Below the pieces are notes generated by a model. It was not told the origin of the DNA, searched no databases, and worked only from the letters and a program-made list of their open reading frames with translations. A program made the position numbers and the translations under genes. 64,000 nucleotides of DNA from an uncultured Elusimicrobia bacterium (GTDB lineage Bacteria > Elusimicrobiota > Elusimicrobia > 2-01-FULL-59-12): positions 1,632,001-1,696,000 of the forward strand of contig OY969767.1 of NCBI GenBank assembly GCA_963702895.1, read 5' to 3'. This document shows, piece by piece, positions 20,951-33,161 of this stretch (positions are counted from its first letter, which is position 1; each line of letters opens with the position of its first letter).

Positions 20951-21181
20951 AATTTATAGAGGATCTGAAGGATAACCGATAAGGACCCCCAGGCCCGGTT
21001 GAAGGAACATCATGAAGGTGTTACTCGATCGGCTCGTCCTTATATACCCTTTGAATTAGTCTATACTCAACACTTTGAAGATGCTGCCTTGGCCCGGAAG
21101 CGAGAGAAAATCTTTAAGATTGGAAAGGGAAGGCAGATCTTAAAGAGCATTTGGCGTGAGCATCATTTTCTGGGCCGTTAG
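20951..21181 (+). pseudogene. N-terminally decayed small GIY-YIG nuclease (UPF0213-like)
   Basis: TDKDPQARLKEHHEG...RPYIPFELVYTQHF...ARKREKIFKIGKGRQ; an upstream YRGS is out of frame and followed by a stop. Confidence 0.75.
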
Positions 21182-21244
21182 CTCAATTGGTAGAGCATTC
21201 GCCTCTTAAGCGACAGGTTGCCGGTTCGATTCCGGCACGGCCCA
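21172..21244 (+). tRNA. tRNA-Lys (CTT)
   Basis: Cloverleaf; tcgc-ct-CTT-aa-gcga. Confidence 0.95.
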
Positions 21245-21250
21245 CATTTA

Positions 21251-21354
21251 CAGCAGAGCAGAGAGCAGAGAGCAGAAATACGGCAAACATCTTTTATAGA
21301 ACGGCCGACTCTTGGAGGCCGACCTTTTCTCTGATTTCTGCTCTCTGATCTCTC
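21251..21354. repeat. Inverted heptamer arms (GCAGAGA)n/(TCTCTGM)n with a spacer
   Basis: cagagcagagagcagagagcagaaa ... tttctctgatttctgctctctgatctctc. Confidence 0.8.
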
Positions 21355-21368
21355 ATTTGCCGTTCTTG

Positions 21369-21466
21369 GCGCCCTTAGCTCAATTGGATAGAGCATCTGC
21401 CTTCCCCGCCACTGAGGCGTTGGCGGGTCCGCCAAAGCCATAGTGGCGGAGGAGCAGAGGGTTGGA
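21369..21466 (+). pseudogene. tRNA-Arg(TCG) 5' portion with a twin-hairpin insert inside the anticodon (21405-21450)
   Basis: gcgcccttagctcaattggatagagca-tctgc-ct-TC[insert]G-ga-gcaga-gggtt; 3' end missing. Confidence 0.88.
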
Positions 21467-21475
21467 TCGTTTTGA

Positions 21476-21547
21476 GCGCCCTTAGCTCAACGGATAGAGT
21501 ATCGGTCTTCGGAACCGATGATGAGGGTTCGAGTCCCCCAGGGCGCA
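21476..21547 (+). tRNA. tRNA-Arg (TCG)
   Basis: Cloverleaf; tcggt-ct-TCG-ga-accga; one mismatch in the T stem. Confidence 0.93.
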
Positions 21548-21553
21548 ATTTGT

Positions 21554-21660
21554 GGACCGGTGGCGCCCGCCACTACACCATGGCGGGCGTCCGCCAAGGT
21601 TTAGTGGCGGACGGAATTGGCAGACGCGTCCCGATCCTCGATATGGTTATTGTCGGGACG
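21554..21660 (+). pseudogene. tRNA-Leu 5' fragment with two hairpin inserts
   Basis: ggaccggtggcg[twin hairpin]gaattggcagacgcg[tcccga...tcggga]cg. Confidence 0.85.
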
Positions 21661-21684
21661 TACCGACCGATGAAGCTCGTGCCT

Positions 21685-21767
21685 GGACCGGTGGCGGAAT
21701 GGCAGACGCGCAAGGCTTAGGACCTTGTGCCCGCAAGGGTATGCGAGTTCGACTCTCGCCCGGTCCA
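21685..21767 (+). tRNA. tRNA-Leu (TAG)
   Basis: Cloverleaf with a long variable arm; caagg-ct-TAG-ga-ccttg; upstream of tig, a common position. Confidence 0.97.
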
Positions 21768-21793
21768 AGCACGAACTAATGCCGAGGACGGGA

Positions 21794-21985
21794 CAGACGC
21801 GCAAGGCTTACCTTCGCCTCCTGTATTTTAAGGATGCGATGGCCATCGATAAAACGATCGGCATTCGGCCGATCGTATCGTTGGGGACCTTGTGCCCCAC
21901 TTACGACTGTGGGGCCTGCGCGTTATAGGGAATTGAGGAAGCGCGGGCCCGCAAGGGCTTGCGAGTTCAACTCTCGCCCGGTCCA
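21794..21985 (+). pseudogene. tRNA-Leu 3' portion broken by inserts in the anticodon loop and at the variable arm
   Basis: cagacgcgcaaggctta[insert]ggaccttgtg[insert]gcccgcaagggcttgcgagttcaactctcgcccggtcca. Confidence 0.85.
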
Positions 21986-22031
21986 TTGGGTATTGTTCAC
22001 TCATTTACTGAATACAGCATGAAGGGATTTT

Positions 22032-23330
22032 ATGGAAACATTGGAAAAGCCGTTAACCACTAAAGTTAAAATCATCAAGGAAGAGGAGTGCGTTATCACG
22101 CTTTCTGTCGAGCTTCCCAAGGAGGAGGTCGCCCAAGAGCTGGAACATGTGTTTCAGAAGATCCAGTCACGCGCTTCCCTCCCGGGCTTTCGCGTCGGCA
22201 AGGCGCCGCTCGAGCTGGTCCGCAAGAGCTTCGCGGACCGGGCGCGCCAATCGATGCTCGAAGACCTGATCAGCCGGGCCTCAACCCAGGTCATTCGTGA
22301 GAAAAAGCTGGAAGCCATCGACACTCCGCGTGTCGAAAAGCTGGAGTATGATCTCGGCAAACCTTTGCTTTTCCACCTGCGCGTTGAAAAAGACCCAGTC
22401 GTGAAAGTCAAAGATTACAAGGGCATCAAGGTGAACAAGCCCTCCACGGCCCTGACCGAAGAGGAACTCTCCAAAACCATGGATGAGGTCCGCGAGCGCA
22501 ACGCCTCTCTGGTGGCCTCCACCGCACAGGTGGTCGGCAAATCCCATTTTGCCGTCATCGATTTCGAAGGAAAGATTGATGGCAAGCCTTTCCCGGGCGG
22601 CTCGGCGAAAAACTATCTCTTGGACATGAACCAGCCCCAGACGATCGCTGGGTTTAGCGAAGGGATCCTGGGAACCGAAGTGGGCAAGGAATGTTCCATC
22701 CAAGTCCGATTCCCAACGGACTACGCTCAGAAGCAGTGGGCGGGCAAAGAAGCCGTCTTTCAAGTGAAAGTCAATGAAATCAAAGAGAAAAAGCTGCCTC
22801 AACTCGATGATGATTTCGCCAAGGACCTGGGGCTGAGTTCGCTCGAGGAGCTCAAAAAGAAAGTCGAAGAGAATCTGCAAAAGGAAAAAGACGCGAAAGC
22901 GAAAAAAGAAGAGGAAGAGCAGCTTTTCCAAGCGCTTTTGGACAACCACAAGTTCGCCATTCCTCAGACGCTCATCGAAGAGCGCACGCAGACCCTGGCG
23001 AAGCGCATGCTCACAAATCTTCAAAGGCAAGGACTCATAGCCCAGGGCGATCAGCAGGCGGAGTCGACCGTTCGCGAGAAATGCCGGCCACAAGCGGAGC
23101 GCGATGTCCGACTCTCCTATATTCTGAAGGCGATCGCACAACAAGAAAAGCTAGAAGCCGGCCAGCCGGACGTCGAGGAGCTCAAAAAGAAGGCCTTGGC
23201 CGAGACCAAGGACAAGCCGGAGAACGTTGACAAATACTTCCAGGAGCGCGATTTGGCGATCCGGGCGTCTTTGACCGAAACAAAAGTGCTTGATTTTTTG
23301 AAAAAAAACGCCAAAATTAAGTCTAAGTAG
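22032..23330 (+). CDS. tig: Trigger factor
   Basis: [10 protein letters not shown] motif; FKBP domain; DDDFAKDLG. Confidence 0.97.
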   Translation: METLEKPLTTKVKIIKEEECVITLSVELPKEEVAQELEHVFQKIQSRASLPGFRVGKAPLELVRKSFADRARQSMLEDLISRASTQVIREKKLEAIDTPRVEKLEYDLGKPLLFHLRVEKDPVVKVKDYKGIKVNKPSTALTEEELSKTMDEVRERNASLVASTAQVVGKSHFAVIDFEGKIDGKPFPGGSAKNYLLDMNQPQTIAGFSEGILGTEVGKECSIQVRFPTDYAQKQWAGKEAVFQVKVNEIKEKKLPQLDDDFAKDLGLSSLEELKKKVEENLQKEKDAKAKKEEEEQLFQALLDNHKFAIPQTLIEERTQTLAKRMLTNLQRQGLIAQGDQQAESTVREKCRPQAERDVRLSYILKAIAQQEKLEAGQPDVEELKKKALAETKDKPENVDKYFQERDLAIRASLTETKVLDFLKKNAKIKSK

Positions 23331-23353
23331 ATAGCAAGAGAGGAGCCTTACAC

Positions 23354-23962
23354 ATGGTTTCAATGATTCCCACCGTACTGGAGCGGGTAAGCCAAGGCAA
23401 TCTGGTCGGCTATGACATCTTTTCCCGACTCCTGAAAGACCGCATCATTTTCGTCGGCGGCTATGAAGGGACGGTCACGACCGATTCCGCCAATCTCATC
23501 ATCGCGCAGCTTCTGTATCTGGAAGCCGATGACCCGGAAAAAGAGATCAATCTCTACATCAATTCCCCCGGCGGCATGGTCAGCGCAGGGCTTGCCGTCT
23601 ATGACACCATGCAGTACATCCGCTGCCCGATTACGACCATTTGCATGGGAATGGCTATGTCGTTTGGGGCCGTCCTGTTATGCGCGGGCTCGAAAGGGAA
23701 GCGCTTTGCGCTCCCTCATTCGCGCATCATGATCCACCAGCCGCTCATTTCGGGTGGTGGGATTTCCGGGCAGGCCACGGAGATTGAGATTGAGGCCAAG
23801 GAAATTGTCGATACCAAGAGGCGCCTCAATGAAATCATCGCTAAACACACGGGCCAAACGGTGGACAAGATCGCACGGGATTCGGAGCGCAACTTCTACC
23901 TGTCCGCGGAAGAGGCCAAAATTTATGGCATCATTGATGAAGTGATTGTGAGAAAAAAGTGA
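23354..23962 (+). CDS. clpP: ATP-dependent Clp protease proteolytic subunit
   Basis: [27 protein letters not shown]. Confidence 0.97.
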   Translation: MVSMIPTVLERVSQGNLVGYDIFSRLLKDRIIFVGGYEGTVTTDSANLIIAQLLYLEADDPEKEINLYINSPGGMVSAGLAVYDTMQYIRCPITTICMGMAMSFGAVLLCAGSKGKRFALPHSRIMIHQPLISGGGISGQATEIEIEAKEIVDTKRRLNEIIAKHTGQTVDKIARDSERNFYLSAEEAKIYGIIDEVIVRKK

Positions 23963-23963
23963 C

Positions 23964-24042
23964 CCCTTCGACTCGTCTCTCTTCGATCGCCGGCGCTCAG
24001 GGTCATGGTGAGCGAAGGCCGCACCCGCGGCCGGAGTCGAAG
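23964..24042. repeat. TTCGAC...GCTCA / TGAGC...GTCGAA REP-like palindrome between clpP and clpX
   Basis: cccttcgactcg...cgctcagggtcatggtgagcg...ggagtcgaag. Confidence 0.7.
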
Positions 24043-24044
24043 CC

Positions 24045-25299
24045 ATGAGCCTGCCCCCCCCACGCGACCCTAAAGACCTTTTTCACTGCATCTTCTGTGG
24101 GAAGGGTAAGCGTGAGGGCTTGCGCCTCATCGGCGGTCAAGGGATTTACGTCTGCGAAGAGTGCATCCGCAACTCCTTTCAGCTGCTCAATAAGATCACC
24201 GAAGAAGACGAGCGCCGCACCCCCAAATCAGTCCCGAAACCTGCCGAGATCAAGAGCGTCCTGGATGAATATGTGGTCGGGCAAGAGCGCGCCAAGCGCA
24301 TCCTTTCGGTCGCCGTTTACAACCATTACCGAAGGATCGACACCGCCTCGCAGCAGATCTATCCCAACGATGTGGAACTGCAAAAATCCAACATCCTTCT
24401 GATCGGCCCGACCGGCACGGGCAAAACACTGCTCGCTCAAACCCTCGCGAGGCTTTTGCACGTGCCTTTTGCGATCGCGGACGCCACGACCCTCACCGAA
24501 GCGGGCTATGTGGGGGAAGACGTGGAAAATATCATCCTCCGTCTTTTGCAAAACGCCAACTATGACGTCAAACGCGCGGAGCGCGGGATTGTGTATATCG
24601 ATGAAATTGACAAGATTTCCCGCAAAACGGATTCCCCCTCCATCACCCGTGACGTCTCCGGCGAGGGCGTTCAGCAGGCCCTCTTAAAGATTTTGGAAGG
24701 GACCGTCGCCTCTGTACCACCCCAAGGAGGCCGGAAGCACCCTCAGCAGGAATATATCCAGGTCAACACCACCAACATCCTCTTTATCTGCGGTGGCGCC
24801 TTCGAAGGCCTGGGCAAGCTGATTGAGTCGCGCGTGGGCAAACGCGGCCTCGGTTTTGGTGCCGACATCCGCCCGAAACAGGAGCTCAAGATTGGTGATG
24901 TACTCAAACACGTGACACCTCAAGATTTAATTCGCTCCGGCATGATCCCAGAGCTCATTGGCCGTCTTCCCATCATCGCGACGCTGGACGATTTGGATGA
25001 AGATACGCTCGTGCGGATTCTCACCACGCCGAAGAACGCCTTGATTAAACAGTTTGTGAAGATGTTCAGCCTGGAAGGTGTGGAGCTGGACGTCCGGCCG
25101 GAAGCGCTCCACGCGATTTCACAGTTGGCGCTCAAGCGGGGTTCCGGCGCCCGTGGCCTGCGCGCTATTATTGAAGAAGTGCTGCTCGACGTGATGTACG
25201 AGCTGCCCGAACAGCAGAATTTGTTGCGTTGCACCGTGGATGACAAAGTGATCAACAGGGTTTACCCGCCCATCCTGCAGTACAAGGAAGAAAAGAAGA

Positions 25300-25307
<8 letters not shown>
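24045..25307 (+). CDS. clpX: Clp protease ATP-binding subunit ClpX
   Basis: C4 zinc finger, [27 protein letters not shown]. Confidence 0.98.
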
Positions 25308-27617
<2,310 letters not shown>

Positions 27618-27621
<4 letters not shown>

Positions 27622-28805
27622 AAAAACATTTTCTTCTGACCCCTGGACCGACACCTATCCCACCGGAAGTTTCTTCCAAAGAAGGCCTTCCGGTTATGCA
27701 CCACCGAACGTCTGAATTCAGCGCGATCTTTCAGGAAGTCATTGATAACCTGAAGTATGCCTTTCAGACCAAGAACGATGTGTTCCTGATCGCCAGCTCT
27801 GGCACGGGGGCTCTGGAATCCGCGGTCTGCAACCTGCTTTCTCCTGGCGACACCGCCATCGTGGCTTCTTGCGGCGTATTCGGCGACCGGTTCATTAAAA
27901 TGATTGAAGTCTACGGCGCCAAACCGATCGTCCTTCGAGAACCTGACGGGCAGGCCGTCGTCCCCGCTAAAATTGAGGAAACTCTTAAGAAAAACCCCCA
28001 TGTCAAAGCCGTTTTTGCGACGCATACAGAAACTTCCACCGGGGTCGCCAACGACATCGCGGCCATCGGCAAGATAGTGGCCAAGACCGCTGCGGTCTTC
28101 GTCGTCGATGCCGTTTCGGGGCTCGTAGGACAAGAGCTCCGGACGGACGAGTGGCAGGTGGATGTGGTCTGTACGGGTTCCCAGAAGGGGCTCATGACCG
28201 CGCCTGGACTTGGCATGGTCTGCGTATCGGCGAAAGCTTGGCCTCTGGTCGAAGCCGCGAAAAGCCCACGGTTTTATTTCGATTGGCGGAAGATGAAAAA
28301 ATCCGTGGCGGAAAAACAGACGCCGTTCACCCCTCCCGTCACGGTGATCACCGCACAGGCGGAAGCGCTGCGGCAGATCCGGCAGGAAGGGCTGGACAAC
28401 ATCTTGGCACGCCATGCCTGGCTGGCCGCCGCCACACGCGACGCTGTGCAAGCCCTGGGACTCAAACTTTTTGCGCAAACACCATGCAACGTGCTGACGT
28501 CAATCACCGTCCCCGCTGGAATCGATGGGAAGGCGATCGTCAAACGCATGCGTGAGAACTATGGCGTCTCCATTGCCGGCGGACAAGGCGAGCTTGTGGG
28601 CAAAATCGTCCGGATCGCCCATATGGGCTATATGGAGCGCTTCGACGTGATTATCGGCATCTCCGCCCTTGAAATGATGCTGCACGAGTTAGGCTACCCG
28701 GTGGAGCTTGGAAAGGGTGTCGCGGCCGCTGAGCGATCCTTTCTTTCCAGATCCAAAACGGCGCAGCCAGCGATACCCTCTACTGTTCCTGCAGGCGCGA
28801 GGTAA
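27618..28805 (+). CDS. Class V aminotransferase (serine-pyruvate / phosphoserine aminotransferase-like)
   Basis: LLTPGPTP, VDAVS, GSQKGLM, RIAHMG; upstream of serA. Confidence 0.92.
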
Positions 28806-28809
28806 TCCT

Positions 28810-30399
28810 ATGTTTAAGATACTCATTGCCGACCCTATCAGTGATTCCGGAATGACCGTGTTTCAAAGCCAGAACGGCCAGTTCCAACTGGATGTCAAGA
28901 CCAAGCTGGCCCCCGAGGACCTCAAGAAAGCCGCGGCTGAGGCCGATGCCATCATCGTGCGCAGCGAAACACGCATTACCGCCGACATCCTGAGCGCCTG
29001 CAAGAAAGTGAAGATCGTCGGCCGGGCAGGGGTGGGCGTGGACAATATCGACGTGGCGGCGGCAAGCAAGCAGGGCGTGATTGTCGTCAATGTTCCAGGC
29101 GGCAACACCATTTCAGCCGCTGAGCACACGGTCGCGATGCTCTTGGCACTCTCCCGCAACATCCCGCAGGCCAACGCCAGTCTAAAATCAGGGGAGTGGA
29201 AGAGATCTCAATTTACAGGCACAGAACTTCAGGGAAAGGTCCTGGGGCTCATTGGTATGGGACGTATCGGGCGCGAAGTCTCCAAGCGCTGCCAGAGCTT
29301 TGGCATGTCCGTCCTGGGCTATGACCCTTACGCCTCCGAGGAGTACGCGGCCAACCTTCAGATCAAACTCTCCTCTCTCGACGAGATTTACGCGGCCGCG
29401 GACTACATCACGGTCCATGTCCCCCTCAATGAGACCACCCGGCACATGCTCAACGCGAAGACCCTCAAGAAGCTCAAGGCCGGGGTGCGCCTGATCAACT
29501 GCGCGCGGGGCGGCATTGTCGATGAGAAAGCGCTGGCGGAAGCCATCACCTCCGGCCACGTGAAAGGGGCCGCCCTCGATGTTTTCGAAGAGGAGCCTCC
29601 CAAGAAAGACAACCCTCTCTTCGCGCTTCCCAACGTCATTGTGACGCCGCACCTGGGAGCCTCCACCGAAGAAGCGCAGGTCAAAGTGGCCCAGGAACTG
29701 GCGGAAACGTTGCGGGATTTCTTCCTCACCGGCGCAGTCCGCAATGCCGTCAACCTGCCGGCGCTCGACGCAGAACAATACAGAGAGCTCGAGCCCTATC
29801 TCATCTTGTGCGAAAAGCTCGGAAAACTTGTGACGCAGTTGTCGGAAGGGGCGACACGGGAGCTCAAAATTCAATACGCGGGAGAAATCAGCTCAAAGAA
29901 CACCACCCCGCTCACGCTGGCGGTGCTCAAAGGGTTCCTCACCCCTATTTTGGGCAGCGAAGTCAACGTTGTCAACGCCCCCCATCTGGCCAAAGAGCGC
30001 GATGTGCATTGGACCGAGACCAAGACAAGCCAGACCGCGGATTATACGAACCTGATCACGCTCAAGACCGCGTCCAAGACGAGTAAGATGTCTGTCTCCG
30101 GAACCCTTCTGGCCAAGAATAGTCCACGGATCGTGGGCATTGATGGCTTGTCAGTGGACGTGATCCCGGAAGGCCCGATGGTGATCTATACCAATATCGA
30201 TAAGCCCGGGGTCATTGGTTACGTCGGGACGGTCCTCGGCAATAGCCACATCAACATCGCCGCCATGCAAGTGGGACGAAAAGGGAAAAGTGGGGAAGCG
30301 GTCACCGTCGTCAATGTGGATACCGATGTCCCGGACGCGGTCCTCAAGCAAATCCGGGAATTTCAGGGCATTACCCAGGTCAAAAGCGTAAAACTCTAG
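28810..30399 (+). CDS. serA: D-3-phosphoglycerate dehydrogenase
   Basis: GRAGVGVDNID, GMGRIG, TPHLGAST and an ACT domain; start trimmed to MFKILIAD. Confidence 0.96.
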   Translation: MFKILIADPISDSGMTVFQSQNGQFQLDVKTKLAPEDLKKAAAEADAIIVRSETRITADILSACKKVKIVGRAGVGVDNIDVAAASKQGVIVVNVPGGNTISAAEHTVAMLLALSRNIPQANASLKSGEWKRSQFTGTELQGKVLGLIGMGRIGREVSKRCQSFGMSVLGYDPYASEEYAANLQIKLSSLDEIYAAADYITVHVPLNETTRHMLNAKTLKKLKAGVRLINCARGGIVDEKALAEAITSGHVKGAALDVFEEEPPKKDNPLFALPNVIVTPHLGASTEEAQVKVAQELAETLRDFFLTGAVRNAVNLPALDAEQYRELEPYLILCEKLGKLVTQLSEGATRELKIQYAGEISSKNTTPLTLAVLKGFLTPILGSEVNVVNAPHLAKERDVHWTETKTSQTADYTNLITLKTASKTSKMSVSGTLLAKNSPRIVGIDGLSVDVIPEGPMVIYTNIDKPGVIGYVGTVLGNSHINIAAMQVGRKGKSGEAVTVVNVDTDVPDAVLKQIREFQGITQVKSVKL

Positions 30400-30415
30400 G
30401 AGATCCCCCGCTCCG

Positions 30416-31159
30416 ATGCCAGAAGTTTTCGCCGCCCAACTCGAGAACGTCAGCAAAGTCTATCGCCGCAGCCATCTCGGCAGACTCACCCTGACCCCCG
30501 GCGTTGAAAATCTGTCGCTTGAGCTCCGCGAAGGAGAAGTGTTCGGTCTGCTCGGTTTAAACGGCGCGGGTAAAACAACCACCATCAAGCTGCTTTTAGG
30601 TCTTCTTTTCCCCAATCAGGGGCGCGTTCGTCTCTTTGGTCAGGACCTTCCGAACCTGGCCATCATGAACCACGTGGGCTACCTACCGGAAATCCCGAAT
30701 TTTTATAAATATCTCACGATTACGGAACTCCTCGGCCTTTATGCCACTCTCTCGGACCTCCCCCGGCGAACTCTTGAGGAGAGAATTCCGGACGTGATCA
30801 AACGGGTGGGGCTTCTGCCGCATATCCAAAAGCACCTTCGGGAGTACTCCAAGGGCATGCTCCAGCGCGCGGGACTCGCCCAGGCGCTTCTCCACGACCC
30901 CAAGCTGCTGCTGCTTGACGAGCCGGTGAGCGGGCTCGATCCGCTCGGGCTCAAGGAATTGCGCCAACTCCTGCTTGACCTGAACCAACAGGGGAAGACC
31001 ATCTTTTTCTCGTCCCACATTATCTCCGAAGCCGAGAAGCTCTGTCACCGCGTGGGGGTTCTTCACCAGGGGCGGCTCGTCGGCATCATTGAGAAAGCGG
31101 AATGGGAACATTCGCCCGGGCAGCTTGAGAAAAGGTTCTTAGAGGTCATTCATGCGTAA
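30416..31159 (+). CDS. ABC transporter ATP-binding protein
   Basis: GLNGAGKTT, YSKGMLQR, LDEP. Confidence 0.95.
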   Translation: MPEVFAAQLENVSKVYRRSHLGRLTLTPGVENLSLELREGEVFGLLGLNGAGKTTTIKLLLGLLFPNQGRVRLFGQDLPNLAIMNHVGYLPEIPNFYKYLTITELLGLYATLSDLPRRTLEERIPDVIKRVGLLPHIQKHLREYSKGMLQRAGLAQALLHDPKLLLLDEPVSGLDPLGLKELRQLLLDLNQQGKTIFFSSHIISEAEKLCHRVGVLHQGRLVGIIEKAEWEHSPGQLEKRFLEVIHA

Positions 31160-31913
31160 GGTCCTGGGGATCGCGCGCTACACCTTTATCGAGATTTTGC
31201 GCAACCGCATTTGGTACGTGCTGATCTTGTTTTCGGGCATCCTCATTCTCTCGACGCTTTTGCTGGGGGATATGGCAGGAGAGCTCAGAACACGGGTGAT
31301 TTCAGATTTGGGCCTGGCCGTCATTGAAATGATCGCGCTTCTGAGCACGGTCTTTGCGGCCGTAACGCTCGTTCTCGAAGAGATGGAAGCGCGCACGCTC
31401 TATCTCATTCTCACCAGGCCCGTGGCGCGCCTGTCGTTCATCCTGGGTCGATTTCTGGGGCTCTTGAGCATCATGAGCTGCGCGTTTCTCGTGATGTCCG
31501 TCGCGCACGGCGCGTTGCTCACCCTGGCTCATGGTGCCGTGGACCGTCATTACGTCCTGAGCCTCCTCTTCTCCTGGGAGAAAATCATGGTCATTACGGC
31601 CGTCGCGCTTGTCTTTTCTCTTTTTTCGACCTCGACCGCCTCCGCCGCGACGTTTACTTTTTTCTTTTGGATCATGGGTCATTTCAGCACGGAAATCTTG
31701 TTTTTGGCCAAGAAGACCTCCAAGCCCATGGTGCTCGTGCTCTGTAAGCTGTTCTATTACGTCTTCCCCAATTTCCAAACCATGAATATCCGGGACATCC
31801 CCCCCGAGATTTACTCCGCTCGCTGGCTCTGGACCGCGGGCGGTTACGGTTTGCTCTATACGATGGCCTGCCTCTTTTTGACTGCTCTTCTCTTCAGAAA
31901 GAAGGAATTCTAA
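31152..31913 (+). CDS. ABC-2 type permease (PilI/XapB-like)
   Basis: Six TM segments; LTRPVARLSFILGRFLG. Confidence 0.88.
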   Translation: MRKVLGIARYTFIEILRNRIWYVLILFSGILILSTLLLGDMAGELRTRVISDLGLAVIEMIALLSTVFAAVTLVLEEMEARTLYLILTRPVARLSFILGRFLGLLSIMSCAFLVMSVAHGALLTLAHGAVDRHYVLSLLFSWEKIMVITAVALVFSLFSTSTASAATFTFFFWIMGHFSTEILFLAKKTSKPMVLVLCKLFYYVFPNFQTMNIRDIPPEIYSARWLWTAGGYGLLYTMACLFLTALLFRKKEF

Positions 31914-32621
31914 TTGGACCAGAGCAAGCCCTTGTGGCTGGCCTTTACGATCACGTTCGTCTTGACCCTTACGGCAGCCTCCGTCATCGCGGCGCATTAT
32001 CTTCCCTCAACCCCTCGGATGGCCGTGAGCCTGGCTTCACCTGTGGCTCAAATCTCAGACTTTACCGGTATTTCTTTGGGACTTCGTAAGCTCGTGTCGG
32101 ATATCGCCTGGATCCAAACACTGATTTACTACGGAACACATGAGGAAGGCATGACCGAAGAAGACGCTCACGAAGGAAGAGGCGAATACCCCCTCTTCCT
32201 TGCCTATTGTCAGAGGGTGGCCCAGATCGACCCCCACTTCAAATACATCTTCTATTACGGAGGATCTGTGCTGGGATGGAACCTGAAACGCTTCGATGAA
32301 GCGGAATCATTCATAAAAGAAGGCATCCAAGCGCATCCCAAAGAGTGGCGCTATCAACAATTCCTCGCAGCCATTGCGTTTCAAAAAAGCCATAATATGA
32401 ATGACTTAGTTAATTTCTTAGAAGTATTCATTGAAGATAGAGACTGTCCAAACATTCTTCGTTCGATTCTTGCTAACATCTATAAGAAGCAAAAAGACTA
32501 TATAAAGGCCCTCCGGGTCTGGATGTTCATTTACGACACGAACGATGAGTCTTATCGCGTTCGAGCCGTCTCCGAAATTGACGAAATCTCCCAATTGATC
32601 CAGAATCAGCACAAAAAATAG
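31914..32621 (+). CDS. Membrane-anchored TPR-like protein of the ABC module
   Basis: N-terminal TM segment; SDIAWIQ..YYG and IDPHF..Y motifs; helical repeats. Confidence 0.7.
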   Translation: MDQSKPLWLAFTITFVLTLTAASVIAAHYLPSTPRMAVSLASPVAQISDFTGISLGLRKLVSDIAWIQTLIYYGTHEEGMTEEDAHEGRGEYPLFLAYCQRVAQIDPHFKYIFYYGGSVLGWNLKRFDEAESFIKEGIQAHPKEWRYQQFLAAIAFQKSHNMNDLVNFLEVFIEDRDCPNILRSILANIYKKQKDYIKALRVWMFIYDTNDESYRVRAVSEIDEISQLIQNQHKK

Positions 32622-32634
32622 GCCTTTATGCCCA

Positions 32635-32664
32635 TTGACGGACTATTTTGTCATTTGCTATGAT
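32635..32664 (+). promoter_or_regulatory. Sigma70-like promoter for thioredoxin
   Basis: TTGACG-18 nt-TATGAT with an extended -10 TG. Confidence 0.5.
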
Positions 32665-32755
32665 GCTTGGAGCGTTTTCGTTCGGGAGTCGGGGTCCTCA
32701 TCTAACCTCCCAATTCAGCGAAATCCCAGGCCGATACTAAGAGAAAGGTGAAATT

Positions 32756-33121
32756 ATGGCGCGAAAAAAAGATAGATCTCTTATTGCCGCTGTCACAGAT
32801 GCTACGTTTTCTCAAGTCGTTTTGAAGTCGGAATTGCCTGTTCTGGTAGGCTTTTGGGCCCCTTGGTGTGCCCCTTGCCAGACTCTTCCCCCCATGCTGC
32901 AAGAGATCATTGATGACTATTTCGGTAAGGTCAAGGTCGTTCAGGCAAAAGTCGATGAAACCCCTGATTTGGCCCATGAGTATCGCATCAGCTCCATCCC
33001 GACGCTGCTCCTCTTTGAAAACGGACGCATGGTGGGCAAGCGCACGAGCGCCGACACCAAAGAAGACATCGCGGAATGGCTTGATCGCCACATCGATGAG
33101 CCGGTAGGATTCGGATACTAA
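32756..33121 (+). CDS. Thioredoxin
   Basis: FWAPWCAPC, SIPTLLLF. Confidence 0.93.
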   Translation: MARKKDRSLIAAVTDATFSQVVLKSELPVLVGFWAPWCAPCQTLPPMLQEIIDDYFGKVKVVQAKVDETPDLAHEYRISSIPTLLLFENGRMVGKRTSADTKEDIAEWLDRHIDEPVGFGY

Positions 33122-33161
33122 ACGGGAGGATGACGATGGGACCTAATAAACCCTGCGGTTG

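Noticed and set aside
19948..21928. Short ORFs across the tRNA cluster
   Set aside because: They overlap tRNAs and hairpin repeats and have no protein-like features, except the GIY-YIG remnant.
20112..21985. Pure assembly artefact
   Set aside because: The fragments differ from the intact tRNAs by compensated substitutions and have unique complementary flanks, which misassembly would not create. Read mapping is still needed to close the question.
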